A stretch of DNA of 63,738 nt, filler included, from Lama guanicoe (lineage: Eukaryota), in NCBI GenBank assembly GCA_013239625.1. It is 210 parts of 210 records of this genome, joined end to end, with 100 filler letters (N's around TTAATTAATTAA, not from the genome) between each part and the next. Parts side by side here need not be neighbours in the genome. Positions count along the whole stretch, not along the records: positions 1 to 204 come from PNXV01032696.1; positions 305 to 508 come from PNXV01032697.1; positions 609 to 812 come from PNXV01032698.1; positions 913 to 1,116 come from PNXV01032699.1; positions 1,217 to 1,420 come from PNXV01032700.1; positions 1,521 to 1,724 come from PNXV01032701.1; positions 1,825 to 2,028 come from PNXV01032702.1; positions 2,129 to 2,332 come from PNXV01032703.1; 202 more parts are not named here. The stretch is one strand, 5' to 3'. Below, piece by piece: positions 1-12,010 of this stretch; position 1 is the first letter of the stretch, and the number at the start of each line of letters is the position of its first letter. Made by a program: the position numbers and the translations under genes. The notes beneath the pieces were generated by a model that did not search any database, was not told the origin of the DNA, and saw only the letters and a list, made by a program, of their open reading frames with translations.

Positions 1-204
1 CAGATGCAGAACGTTCAACAAAAAGAATTCTGAATGTAGGCATGCTTTACTTTATGTAATAGATCCTTTCTTACAACTCACATGTTCAATGAATCTCTAT
101 AAATAAGAATAATTTTTGTGCTCTTTATAATTATCATTCACTGTGCTGGACAATGAAGTCTAATCTATTTGAATTATTCCATAAACTCTACAAAGAAGGT
201 ATCA

Positions 205-304
205 NNNNNNNNNNNNNNNNNNNNNNNNNNNNNNNNNNNNNNNNNNNNTTAATTAATTAANNNNNNNNNNNNNNNNNNNNNNNNNNNNNNNNNNNNNNNN
301 NNNN
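205..304. other. Assembly linker N44-TTAATTAATTAA-N44 (first of 209 identical copies)
   Basis: Identical palindromic 12-mer inside N runs; it places TAA stops in all six frames, as expected of a designed linker. Confidence 0.99.
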
Positions 305-912
305 TGATAGTGCCCGTGGACAGTGGTGAACTGATTTAAAATAGCACATTGATCCACTGCAATTTTTTCTGGTGGTCTAACTGACATTGATAATAGAGGA
401 GAAAATCACCTCTGATCGGCGTTGTTGTATCACCAATTACGTGGCTAGTAGAGGGCTTCCTTATTAGAGGCATGTTTAAATTTGTAGAAAGTAAAAATTC
501 ACTTTCTCNNNNNNNNNNNNNNNNNNNNNNNNNNNNNNNNNNNNNNNNNNNNTTAATTAATTAANNNNNNNNNNNNNNNNNNNNNNNNNNNNNNNNNNNN
601 NNNNNNNNAAAAGTGAGTCTTAGATATAACTTATTATACAAGTGCCTTTTCACAATCCGGACTGCAAAAGCAAAAAAGATAAATTTGAAAATATTGAGCA
701 ATAATAAAGCGCTATTTGAAAAAATGTAAGCATTACTCATACTTGTGTATTTTAGTTGCTTACGGAGAATGCAAATATAAACAGCCATTTTGTACAAAAT
801 GTATGACAAATANNNNNNNNNNNNNNNNNNNNNNNNNNNNNNNNNNNNNNNNNNNNTTAATTAATTAANNNNNNNNNNNNNNNNNNNNNNNNNNNNNNNN
901 NNNNNNNNNNNN

Positions 913-1116
913 AAGGAGCCAGCAAATATACCCAGCCTCGCTGACACTTAGAGAAAGTTGACAGTCAACCTGAGCTCGAGGAAGGGAATCAATTTTCTCG
1001 CCTAAGAACTGAAGAAAGAGAGATCCCTGCAGTCTATACAAGAAGAGAGGGCGGAGATGCTAAAAGCGCTCAAGTTCCTGGAAGAGGTCATGAGAATCAG
1101 CACATCACAAGGGGCT
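913..1116 (+). pseudogene. Disrupted cTAGE5/MIA2-like retrocopy fragment (coiled-coil region)
   Basis: Frame from 913 reads KEPANIPSLADT*RKLTVNLSSRKGINFLA*ELKKERSLQSIQEERAEMLKALKFLEEVMRISTSQG, with stops at 949-951 and 1003-1005. About 90% nt identical to 13454-13579. Residue pattern matches recalled cTAGE5 (EKE..SL..T..K....N......I..L..ELK.E.S..S.Q.E..A...K....LE......SQ). Confidence 0.7.
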
Positions 1117-2446
1117 NNNNNNNNNNNNNNNNNNNNNNNNNNNNNNNNNNNNNNNNNNNNTTAATTAATTAANNNNNNNNNNNNNNNNNNNNNNNNNNNN
1201 NNNNNNNNNNNNNNNNGGGTGAAAAAATTGGCCCAAGATCTCCAGGGCTGGGGAAAATTAAAAACAGACAGGAGGAAAAGGAGGCAGAAGTCTAAGACAA
1301 ACCTTCATTTAGCCTACTGGCTCTCCCTAATTTTGCTTCATAATCACCTGGAGATTTGAGACAATACTATGCCTGGGCCTTTCCTCTGACCAGAACAATT
1401 TCAGGATGTCACACAGATGCNNNNNNNNNNNNNNNNNNNNNNNNNNNNNNNNNNNNNNNNNNNNTTAATTAATTAANNNNNNNNNNNNNNNNNNNNNNNN
1501 NNNNNNNNNNNNNNNNNNNNTTTATCTATTATGTTGCTCAATGCCTATTGACAATGAATTGCTTTTGACGTTTTTAGACTTTAGTTCTAAGCAAATGTTT
1601 GTCTCTCCTAACAAACCGGCATGCTTTCTTTTATCCTATGACAAAGAGTACACGCTGTTTTGCTTTTTGACCTTAGTTATTTGTAAGGTTAGAGCTAAAT
1701 ACAAGGTCCAATCATTACAATACTNNNNNNNNNNNNNNNNNNNNNNNNNNNNNNNNNNNNNNNNNNNNTTAATTAATTAANNNNNNNNNNNNNNNNNNNN
1801 NNNNNNNNNNNNNNNNNNNNNNNNGATCTGGGTGGCCTCTTCTGTGTGTCTCCTTTCACTTAGAATGTTTTCAGTCTTTATCCAATTTGATTCATTAGTG
1901 ATTCATTCACATTTTTCACTGTCATTAAAAATACGGAACATAGCATTTATCATTTAAAGCATTTAACTATGCAGTTCTGTGGTATTCACTAAATTCACAT
2001 TGTTGTACAGATGCCTCACCATCTGTCTNNNNNNNNNNNNNNNNNNNNNNNNNNNNNNNNNNNNNNNNNNNNTTAATTAATTAANNNNNNNNNNNNNNNN
2101 NNNNNNNNNNNNNNNNNNNNNNNNNNNNCTTGTTTGTCTTTTTTCTATGCTAAGTGCTACTGCCTGAGTCGTCACCCAAAGTAACAGAAATGAACAGGCC
2201 AAGCCATAGCTGGTGTTTTAGGTCTTTGTGTTGTCTTGAGGAGATCACTGAAGCAAATTATTGTTCTATAAACAGATTAGTCCAATTTCTCTCCACAAAG
2301 CTATCTCACTGGTGGTGGGTAAGTATTCTAAGNNNNNNNNNNNNNNNNNNNNNNNNNNNNNNNNNNNNNNNNNNNNTTAATTAATTAANNNNNNNNNNNN
2401 NNNNNNNNNNNNNNNNNNNNNNNNNNNNNNNNTTGAAGTTACAAAA

Positions 2447-2610
2447 ATACTTACCTGGCAGGGGAGACAACATGGTCACTAAGGTGGTTTTCCCAGGGCA
2501 AGGCTTACCCATTGCACTCTGGATGTGCTGACCCCTGTAACTTCCCCAAATGTGGGAAACTCAGCTGCATAATTTGTGGTAGTGGGGGACTGCATTCGTG
2601 CTTTCCCCTA
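2447..2610 (+). pseudogene. RNU1: Full-length U1 snRNA retropseudogene
   Basis: Begins ATACTTACCTGGCAGGGGAG, contains Sm site AATTTGTGG, ends CTTTCCCCT; 164 nt with about 15 substitutions versus canonical U1, many at CpGs; A-rich tail 2611-2623; imperfect TSD GAAGTTACAAAA (2435-2446) / GAAATTACAAAT (2624-2635); no snRNA promoter or 3' box context. Confidence 0.96.
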
Positions 2611-2789
2611 ATAAAAAATAAAAGAAATTACAAATANNNNNNNNNNNNNNNNNNNNNNNNNNNNNNNNNNNNNNNNNNNNTTAATTAATTAANNNNNNNN
2701 NNNNNNNNNNNNNNNNNNNNNNNNNNNNNNNNNNNNATTCATGTTGGGGTGGAAGGTTCCGAGCAGCAAAGGAGGGAAGCCCCAACGTA

Positions 2790-2910
2790 CAGGCACTTTT
2801 AGAGCCTCTGTCACTACATGTCTTCTAATGTCCAGTTGGCCAAGGAAGCCACGTGTCCAAGCCCGGATTCACGGGGTGGAGAAGAGACTCCGGCTCTTGA
2901 TGGGAGGGCC
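2790..2910 (-). mobile_element. Old MaLR LTR fragment (MLT1H/I/J-like)
   Basis: Motif string 'ttggccaaggaagccacgtgtccaagccc...gggtggagaagagactcc..ctcttgatgggagg' resembles MLT1 consensus. Confidence 0.5.
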
Positions 2911-4256
2911 ACACGCACGCATCCAGAGATGGGAAGCTTCNNNNNNNNNNNNNNNNNNNNNNNNNNNNNNNNNNNNNNNNNNNNTTAATTAATTAANNNN
3001 NNNNNNNNNNNNNNNNNNNNNNNNNNNNNNNNNNNNNNNNATGCTGCATTGGTGGGCACAGTCATTTGAGCCCAACAGGCACTTTCAGCTGTGCTGTAGC
3101 TGGCAGCTCCTGAGCCTGGCATTCGGTGGCTGTTACCACCAGGTACGTGACCTTGGGTGAGGTGTCTGCATGGCCTGGCCCCTCTGTCCTGTCTCCAGGA
3201 CTGATAAATGCTGTCCCACAGCATTTGCAGGAGTTGAATGAAGCNNNNNNNNNNNNNNNNNNNNNNNNNNNNNNNNNNNNNNNNNNNNTTAATTAATTAA
3301 NNNNNNNNNNNNNNNNNNNNNNNNNNNNNNNNNNNNNNNNNNNNGCGTGCACAGCACAGCAGAGCAGAGCGCGGCCGTGACAGGTCCTAGTGGGGGGTCT
3401 GGTCTGCCTGTCTCACTGTCAGGGGTCTCTGGGATGTCAGGACGGGAAACAGCTGTAATCAGCAGATGATGTGGGTCTGGGGATCTTGGGAGTTATCAGT
3501 GTGAAGATGGTGTTTGTAGCCATGACATTGTTGAAAGCCTAGGTCATANNNNNNNNNNNNNNNNNNNNNNNNNNNNNNNNNNNNNNNNNNNNTTAATTAA
3601 TTAANNNNNNNNNNNNNNNNNNNNNNNNNNNNNNNNNNNNNNNNNNNNTCATGGGGAGGACAACGCTCACCCCAGACATCCAGGTGGGGCAGAAGAGGTG
3701 GGTTTCCAGTAGGAAGAGAGCAGACTGGACATACACGAGAAAGGGCAGAGTGGGGTCTGGGCCACAGGCACCAGCCAACTGGTGGACCTTCTACGGTGCC
3801 CCTGTCATCCACCCAAGGGGAACCTAAAGGCTTCTGGTCAACCAGACCTTTTNNNNNNNNNNNNNNNNNNNNNNNNNNNNNNNNNNNNNNNNNNNNTTAA
3901 TTAATTAANNNNNNNNNNNNNNNNNNNNNNNNNNNNNNNNNNNNNNNNNNNNTGTTCTTTTCTGTTTTTCCTTTTTTTCTTTCTTCCAAACCATCTTTAA
4001 AGCAACAGCCTAGGGAAGGCTGCTTCCAAGATGTCGAAGGCGTGGCCTGGGCCTTGCTCGGAATTGGGGCAGAGGGGGGTGCGGGGTGGTGTGGGGAGGG
4101 GCGTGGAGGGGCGGTATGGGCTGTGCGGGGAGGGCCAGAACAGGAGGGGAGAAAACNNNNNNNNNNNNNNNNNNNNNNNNNNNNNNNNNNNNNNNNNNNN
4201 TTAATTAATTAANNNNNNNNNNNNNNNNNNNNNNNNNNNNNNNNNNNNNNNNNNNN

Positions 4257-4460
4257 TTTTTTCCACATCCTCATCAGCATTTGGTATTGTCACTTTCTTT
4301 TATTTTAGCCATTCTGAGTGATGTGTAGTCACACTTCATTTTGATTTTAATTTACATTTCCCTAATGTTGAGCATCTTTTCATTTGCCTATTTGTCACCT
4401 GTATATTCTCTTTGGGGAAATGTCTCATGTCTTTTGCTGTTTACTAATTGGATTGTTTTT
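4257..4460 (-). mobile_element. L1M fragment (ORF2 3' region)
   Basis: Typical antisense L1 motifs 'ccacatcctcatcagcatttgg', 'ttttagccattct', 'catttccctaatg', 'gagcatcttttcat'. Confidence 0.85.
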
Positions 4461-6384
4461 NNNNNNNNNNNNNNNNNNNNNNNNNNNNNNNNNNNNNNNN
4501 NNNNTTAATTAATTAANNNNNNNNNNNNNNNNNNNNNNNNNNNNNNNNNNNNNNNNNNNNAAAAAAAAAAAAAGTGGCATTGCATTTGGGAGAAGGTGGC
4601 AGCTCCCCATTCTCTAACCTACTAACACAATTACCTACTTCACAGCTCTTTCAGCCTCTGATAACCATTGGCTTGCTCACAGCCTTTGCTAACAGTTCCC
4701 ACTATGATTTTCCAGCTCCTGCCTGCCCATGCTACATAGTAGTGAAAATAGACATGACCGAACTNNNNNNNNNNNNNNNNNNNNNNNNNNNNNNNNNNNN
4801 NNNNNNNNTTAATTAATTAANNNNNNNNNNNNNNNNNNNNNNNNNNNNNNNNNNNNNNNNNNNNTTTTAAAGAACAAGTCTGAAAATAACCAAATTTATT
4901 TATTTTAAAGAACGTATTTCTGAAAATAACCAAATTTCAAAGATTTGTGATTTTTTGCCTGAAAAGTGGAAAGACTCAAGCATTCTCCCTAAGTGTTGCA
5001 TTTATTCTCCATATGTTAAACTTGTATTGGACAGTCCAACAACTGTTTTACAGGAAACTACTGAGAAGNNNNNNNNNNNNNNNNNNNNNNNNNNNNNNNN
5101 NNNNNNNNNNNNTTAATTAATTAANNNNNNNNNNNNNNNNNNNNNNNNNNNNNNNNNNNNNNNNNNNNACATGAGACATACGCATGGTCAGGGTGGTGAG
5201 ACCTCAGTAAGGACACACTGTGATGGTCTGAGCCCTGTGCCCTGCCTTCCTGCTTATTATCGTTCACATTTCTGTCATTCACTGGATCCTCAGTTTACCC
5301 CCAAATAACGACAGTCCATGACCACACACCCGAGTTCTTTTCTTCTCCACAGATAGAAGCCTATAGTTTCAANNNNNNNNNNNNNNNNNNNNNNNNNNNN
5401 NNNNNNNNNNNNNNNNTTAATTAATTAANNNNNNNNNNNNNNNNNNNNNNNNNNNNNNNNNNNNNNNNNNNNGATTGATAGATAAATAGATATAAAGTTA
5501 TATTTCAGTTATATCACAGGTAGTTCTTGAGATATGGAGTATTTGATCAGTTAATATATATGCATGCACGTTAAAATCAGTAAGCATTAATATAATAAAT
5601 TCCATCTGCTATAATTACAGTCTTATGTTACAGCAGGGATTACCAACAACCTTATGTTGTACCAACTACAGGTTCTNNNNNNNNNNNNNNNNNNNNNNNN
5701 NNNNNNNNNNNNNNNNNNNNTTAATTAATTAANNNNNNNNNNNNNNNNNNNNNNNNNNNNNNNNNNNNNNNNNNNNTAAAGGAAATATGGAAAAGTTTGT
5801 GAATTCCTTAATCTGGGTGATGGGCCTATTGTACTATACTTATTGATGTATACTTAAGTTGTTTTATAATTTTACTATCATTAGCTGAATAGCAAGTATT
5901 AATTCATATTAATTGAAATCCTTAGAGCTGACCAAACTTATCCCACACAAAAACCTTAATGTCCTAGTAGTCTGTCTTACNNNNNNNNNNNNNNNNNNNN
6001 NNNNNNNNNNNNNNNNNNNNNNNNTTAATTAATTAANNNNNNNNNNNNNNNNNNNNNNNNNNNNNNNNNNNNNNNNNNNNAGAGTGAAATAAATATTCCA
6101 GCTGCAGTGGGCACCACTAGCTGTTGCATGTCATCTTTATTATAGACTTTTAACAGAGTGGCATCAAAGCCCATTTTGTCTTGCTCTTTATTTTCCTATG
6201 GGAAACCTAAGTCCAGAGAGAAGAACTGACTTGGAAAAGTCACACAGCAATCTCTTCTTTATTACCCGAACCACACAGGGCTTCNNNNNNNNNNNNNNNN
6301 NNNNNNNNNNNNNNNNNNNNNNNNNNNNTTAATTAATTAANNNNNNNNNNNNNNNNNNNNNNNNNNNNNNNNNNNNNNNNNNNN

Positions 6385-6588
6385 TTATTTTTTGAAGTAT
6401 TTACTATGAATTTTTTTTAACTAGAGTACAGTCAGTTACAGTGTGTCAGGTTCTGGTGTGCAGCACAATGTCCCAGTCATGCATCTACTCACATATATTT
6501 GTTTTCATATTTTTCATTAAAAGTTACTACAAGATATTGAATATAGTTTCTTGTGCTATACAGAAGTAACTTGTTTTTTTAATCTATT
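6385..6588 (-). mobile_element. L1 3' end, camelid-type
   Basis: 'gtacagtcagttacagtgtgtc...aatgtcccagtcatgcat...caagatattgaatatagtttcttgtgctatacagaag' is a cetartiodactyl L1 3'UTR and resembles alpaca L1 from memory. Confidence 0.8.
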
Positions 6589-8208
6589 NNNNNNNNNNNN
6601 NNNNNNNNNNNNNNNNNNNNNNNNNNNNNNNNTTAATTAATTAANNNNNNNNNNNNNNNNNNNNNNNNNNNNNNNNNNNNNNNNNNNNATTACAAGAATT
6701 TAACTTAAAATACTTATAGATTGGTCAAAGAAGAAATTAAAAGATTCATTCGTTGTACAGAGAAGATAACATCACAAGTTAGTGGGAAAATAAAGCATTG
6801 CTTAATAAACAGCAGTGGAAAATGGGTTAAAATGTGAGAAAAAGGTTATATGTAATATTACAACATACAACAACATTGTATCTCAAATATTCNNNNNNNN
6901 NNNNNNNNNNNNNNNNNNNNNNNNNNNNNNNNNNNNTTAATTAATTAANNNNNNNNNNNNNNNNNNNNNNNNNNNNNNNNNNNNNNNNNNNNATATTCAT
7001 TAATGGATGATTATTGAAGATAGTATATGCTATACATTCCTAACTCAAAATAACTTAAATGTCGTAACTGGAATAGAAAATGTATTTTGAGAGAGGAAAA
7101 ACTAAAAAGGAAAAGAAATAAGCAACACTGACTACTTTCTGCAAGTCTCCCCTCATTTGTAGAAAATAAAATAATTTTTGCTTTGATGGCGATTGANNNN
7201 NNNNNNNNNNNNNNNNNNNNNNNNNNNNNNNNNNNNNNNNTTAATTAATTAANNNNNNNNNNNNNNNNNNNNNNNNNNNNNNNNNNNNNNNNNNNNGATG
7301 CTATCTGCTTGTCAGTGGCTTAAGGGCAGAACCAAGTAGAAATACAGAAATGCCAATGTTCTCAGTCCGAGAATGGGGCAGGTCAACAGAGGACAGCTCG
7401 TGTGTGTCTGAAGTCCGCTGCCAGTGGAGAAAGCTGGACTCGGGGAAGGATGTGGTTGTGTTCAGAGTCACCGATGTCCAACTGACAGCTTTGCCTGTGA
7501 NNNNNNNNNNNNNNNNNNNNNNNNNNNNNNNNNNNNNNNNNNNNTTAATTAATTAANNNNNNNNNNNNNNNNNNNNNNNNNNNNNNNNNNNNNNNNNNNN
7601 AAGGAAAAAGTTCATATTAATGTGCATCAGTTTGGGAGGTGAAAGGTGTATCTCATCTTATAGCTGACTTTTCTTTTCCCAGTTCTCACCTCTGTGGTCT
7701 GTGTGCTTCTCTAAGAGGGAAACCCTGAAGAGTATTGACAAGTACTGAAGCATTTTTAACCATGGCTTTGGTAAGTTGCTATTTCTCTCTAGTTCTTGAA
7801 TGTANNNNNNNNNNNNNNNNNNNNNNNNNNNNNNNNNNNNNNNNNNNNTTAATTAATTAANNNNNNNNNNNNNNNNNNNNNNNNNNNNNNNNNNNNNNNN
7901 NNNNGAAATAAGAATTCTCTTCTGCTATCTAGAAACCTGGATTTACCTCAATCGCAGATTCCTTTGAAAACGATTTAATAGGGAATTCCAAATTTTAACA
8001 AGATGTCTTCTCATGGAAAGATGTTAATCCTAAGCTGGTAAATGGAAGAAAAAAGACAACAGACTATAAATAGAGCCCACAAAAAGATCTCTTTTAAAAT
8101 AATAAGCANNNNNNNNNNNNNNNNNNNNNNNNNNNNNNNNNNNNNNNNNNNNTTAATTAATTAANNNNNNNNNNNNNNNNNNNNNNNNNNNNNNNNNNNN
8201 NNNNNNNN

Positions 8209-8412
8209 CCCCCCCCATATATATTTATGTAGTATAGTATAGCACTGAAAAAGAATTCTGTGTTCCCAACAAGCTAGGTGAATTACTGCATTCACGCACA
8301 CTTAACTCTCAGAATTCAGCATGTGGATAGACGTTCGATCATCAAGCATAAACGGTAAGAGTAGCAGTAGAAACACTTACTCTGGTTTCTCAGTTTCTTT
8401 CCTAGTGCCAGT
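8209..8412. repeat. Satellite-like tandem repeat fragment (homologous to 23407-23610)
   Basis: Its 3' end (8369-8412) matches the start of contig 23407 and its 5' part matches the end of that contig (circular permutation). Confidence 0.8.
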
Positions 8413-8948
8413 NNNNNNNNNNNNNNNNNNNNNNNNNNNNNNNNNNNNNNNNNNNNTTAATTAATTAANNNNNNNNNNNNNNNNNNNNNNNNNNNNNNNN
8501 NNNNNNNNNNNNGCCTTTGATTGAACTCTCTTGATGGGAAATCTGTAGTCCATTTGTTCCCCGAAAAAAATTGGCAGTTTGAAACTGGCAAACTTGAGGT
8601 GCCCTACTCTCATTGTATTTGTATACAGTGCTGAGGTGACGAAATTCTTGAAAAAAAATCTATGTGGTATCATATGCTGTAGCCCTTAAATTCCTTGACT
8701 CTTGTGGAAATACATTNNNNNNNNNNNNNNNNNNNNNNNNNNNNNNNNNNNNNNNNNNNNTTAATTAATTAANNNNNNNNNNNNNNNNNNNNNNNNNNNN
8801 NNNNNNNNNNNNNNNNAATAATTAAGACACTTAGCATTGGAATAGTAAAGAACAGTATATTTACACGGTAAATCACGTGGTCCCTGGAGATAGCTCTAAG
8901 CGAGAAGCATCAGCCTTGGAATGATGCCCCTTGCGGTGAGCAGAGCTG

Positions 8949-8951
<3 letters not shown>

Positions 8952-8980
<29 letters not shown>
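8952..8980 (+). repeat. (GT)14 microsatellite
   Basis: Direct reading. Confidence 0.97.
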
Positions 8981-9119
8981 GCCTCCTGACTTCCAGATCT
9001 GACCCTAATATTACAACTANNNNNNNNNNNNNNNNNNNNNNNNNNNNNNNNNNNNNNNNNNNNTTAATTAATTAANNNNNNNNNNNNNNNNNNNNNNNNN
9101 NNNNNNNNNNNNNNNNNNN

Positions 9120-9201
9120 CCAAATAAAGTCACATTCTGAGTTGCTGGGGGTTATGACTTCAATATATGGATTTTGAGGGGACACAGTTCAGCCCATAAC
9201 A
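9120..9201 (-). mobile_element. MaLR LTR 5' end (MLT1A-C-like)
   Basis: 'ccaaataaagtcacattctgag...ggacacagttcagcccataaca' is the reverse complement of an MLT1 start TGTTATGGGCTGAACTGTGTCC. Confidence 0.85.
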
Positions 9202-9423
9202 GACAGTAAGACATTTTGCCAGGTGACTACAATGCAGAGCAGTAAGAGTTTTCTCAAAGTAAAGAAACATTACTCCTGAGGTTTAGAGAAGGTAGGATCA
9301 ACTTCCTTTGGAGGTAGAGGGAANNNNNNNNNNNNNNNNNNNNNNNNNNNNNNNNNNNNNNNNNNNNTTAATTAATTAANNNNNNNNNNNNNNNNNNNNN
9401 NNNNNNNNNNNNNNNNNNNNNNN

Positions 9424-9627
9424 GGGATGAGAAGAGAAGCCACAGACTGGGAGAAAATGTTTGCAAAAGACATAGCTGAGAGTGGACTGTTCTCCAAACA
9501 TACAAAGAATTGTTAAAATTCACCAAACAAATAAAAAGTGGGCCAAAGACTTTAACAGAAAAACCAAGAAGATATACAGATGGCAAAGAAACAGACAAAA
9601 AGATGCTTCACAGCATATGTCATCAGA
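9424..9627 (+). mobile_element. L1MB/MC ORF2 3' fragment
   Basis: 'agccacagactgggagaaaatgtttgcaaaa...aaagtgggccaaagac...gaagatatacagatggcaaa...aaagatgct'. Confidence 0.85.
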
Positions 9628-11855
9628 NNNNNNNNNNNNNNNNNNNNNNNNNNNNNNNNNNNNNNNNNNNNTTAATTAATTAANNNNNNNNNNNNNNNNN
9701 NNNNNNNNNNNNNNNNNNNNNNNNNNNATAATATTAAAATGCTGTGAAAATGGCTGGTTTAGAAAAGTGACACAGCCCATAGTACCTTCGTGTATGAAAT
9801 TAATTTTCTTGTGTATGTTTACCATGCGTGTGTTATAAACTCTTCTTAGATTTAAAGACAACAAATTGGTGGCTGAATATAGTATGAATAGAATAGAAGA
9901 TAATAAATACCTTTCAGAAATAGTACTTGATNNNNNNNNNNNNNNNNNNNNNNNNNNNNNNNNNNNNNNNNNNNNTTAATTAATTAANNNNNNNNNNNNN
10001 NNNNNNNNNNNNNNNNNNNNNNNNNNNNNNNTGCCTTCAGAGGCAGGGTGGCTACTGGGGATGGGTGGGAGGAGGGATACGCAGTATGCAGCCGGGGAGC
10101 TGGGTGAGTCCACATGGGCAGGGGAGGCAGCAGGCCACAGACCCCAGGCCCTGAGCACCCCAGGACCCCTGGTAATAGGATCAGGACAAGTGAGGTCAGG
10201 TCATGTTTGACAACCAGCAGGGACATTCACTGGTGNNNNNNNNNNNNNNNNNNNNNNNNNNNNNNNNNNNNNNNNNNNNTTAATTAATTAANNNNNNNNN
10301 NNNNNNNNNNNNNNNNNNNNNNNNNNNNNNNNNNNCTCCCGGACAGCGAGGCTGTCCAGCCGAATCAAGGCCTCGGGGCTCACCGTTCTTTCTGTGTCGG
10401 TGGGAAGGGCCCTGGCTGGCACTGGGAGACCACGCAGAAGGCGACCCCACCTCCCTGGGCAGCAGAAGCCCCTGGCCCTTTGGACAGTCGGGCCAAGGTT
10501 TCTCGGCCAGAAAGATGCTGTCGGGACCAAAGAGGCTCANNNNNNNNNNNNNNNNNNNNNNNNNNNNNNNNNNNNNNNNNNNNTTAATTAATTAANNNNN
10601 NNNNNNNNNNNNNNNNNNNNNNNNNNNNNNNNNNNNNNNTTAGCACACACCCCCACACTTAAATACCGGGTACAGGTTTTCAAGATACAGGTAGTATCTC
10701 TATGAGGAAAGCGAGAAAGCTCTGATGAGAGAAGTCAAAGAAGGTCTAGCTAAGTGGAAATACAGTCCGCGTTTCTGCCTAGAAGGACATCATCAAGACG
10801 TCAGTTATTCCCTGCTTGACCTGTAGATTGAACTCAAGCAGCCNNNNNNNNNNNNNNNNNNNNNNNNNNNNNNNNNNNNNNNNNNNNTTAATTAATTAAN
10901 NNNNNNNNNNNNNNNNNNNNNNNNNNNNNNNNNNNNNNNNNNNTGCTGAACCGTGATAACCTCTCTCCTCGTGCTTATTTACCTCTGTAGGTTGTAATTC
11001 TGGTGGGTGGCAGAGGTATTATACCACGTCTTTTGGGTTTTTTTCCTTCCGAGCACATTTCTTAAACGAAATGCATGGACCTCTGGGGTCTAAAGCCGCA
11101 GACGTAGCAGCCAGAAGGTAACCACTGTGCTACTTACACACGAGTTTNNNNNNNNNNNNNNNNNNNNNNNNNNNNNNNNNNNNNNNNNNNNTTAATTAAT
11201 TAANNNNNNNNNNNNNNNNNNNNNNNNNNNNNNNNNNNNNNNNNNNNGGGGCGGGGGTAGGAGGGGTGGGTGGTAGGTGATGCTTTACTCCAGAGCACTG
11301 GGGAGCAGGCTCTCATTGAGTACGTTCACGTACAACAGGTGTTTTTCAAGAACAGATCATGGCCATTAGGTGGTAAATGCTTCTGTCTCGTCTGCCCACT
11401 TTTCACCAGCAGGCCTGTCAGCTCCTGTTCCAGGCCTCCCTCCTCTGTTCCNNNNNNNNNNNNNNNNNNNNNNNNNNNNNNNNNNNNNNNNNNNNTTAAT
11501 TAATTAANNNNNNNNNNNNNNNNNNNNNNNNNNNNNNNNNNNNNNNNNNNNAAAAGTTATGAGAATGTGCTGTCCTTCACTGGCAGAGAAGCTGTAATAG
11601 GTAAAATATCGCTGGGGAGATTTCACATCCAACATGTCACTTCTCTATACTTACTAGCATAGCTATATCCAATCCATATCCTATTCCTACCTCATTTCCA
11701 TTGCCATTGGTTTAGGATTTCACTATTTCTATATTTTAGGTTTCTATCTTGTCTTNNNNNNNNNNNNNNNNNNNNNNNNNNNNNNNNNNNNNNNNNNNNT
11801 TAATTAATTAANNNNNNNNNNNNNNNNNNNNNNNNNNNNNNNNNNNNNNNNNNNN

Positions 11856-12010
11856 TCTTCTCAAACTTCCGTGTGCTACGTGTTACCCGGGGATCCTGTC
11901 AACACGCAGACCTTGGATCTGTACTTCCAGAGTAGGGTCTGCGAGTCTGTGTTTCTAACGAGCTAATGACAGATGCTGAAGCGACTGGCCTGGGAACCAC
12001 ACCTTTGAGG
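11856..12010. mobile_element. MER5A-like hAT-Charlie MITE
   Basis: 'ttctcaaactt...tctgtgtttctaacgagct...gatgctgaagcgactggcctgggaaccacacctttgag' follows MER5A layout. Confidence 0.7.

Noticed and set aside
249..260. TTAA piggyBac target sites, PacI sites or homeodomain sites
   Set aside because: The motif is always flanked by exactly 44 N on each side, so it is synthetic.
4865..4940. Tandem duplication of about 40 bp (TTTAAAGAAC...TCTGAAAATAACCAAATTT)
   Set aside because: Ordinary two-copy slippage duplication with no sign of function; the 18-bp duplication near 29960-29994 is similar.
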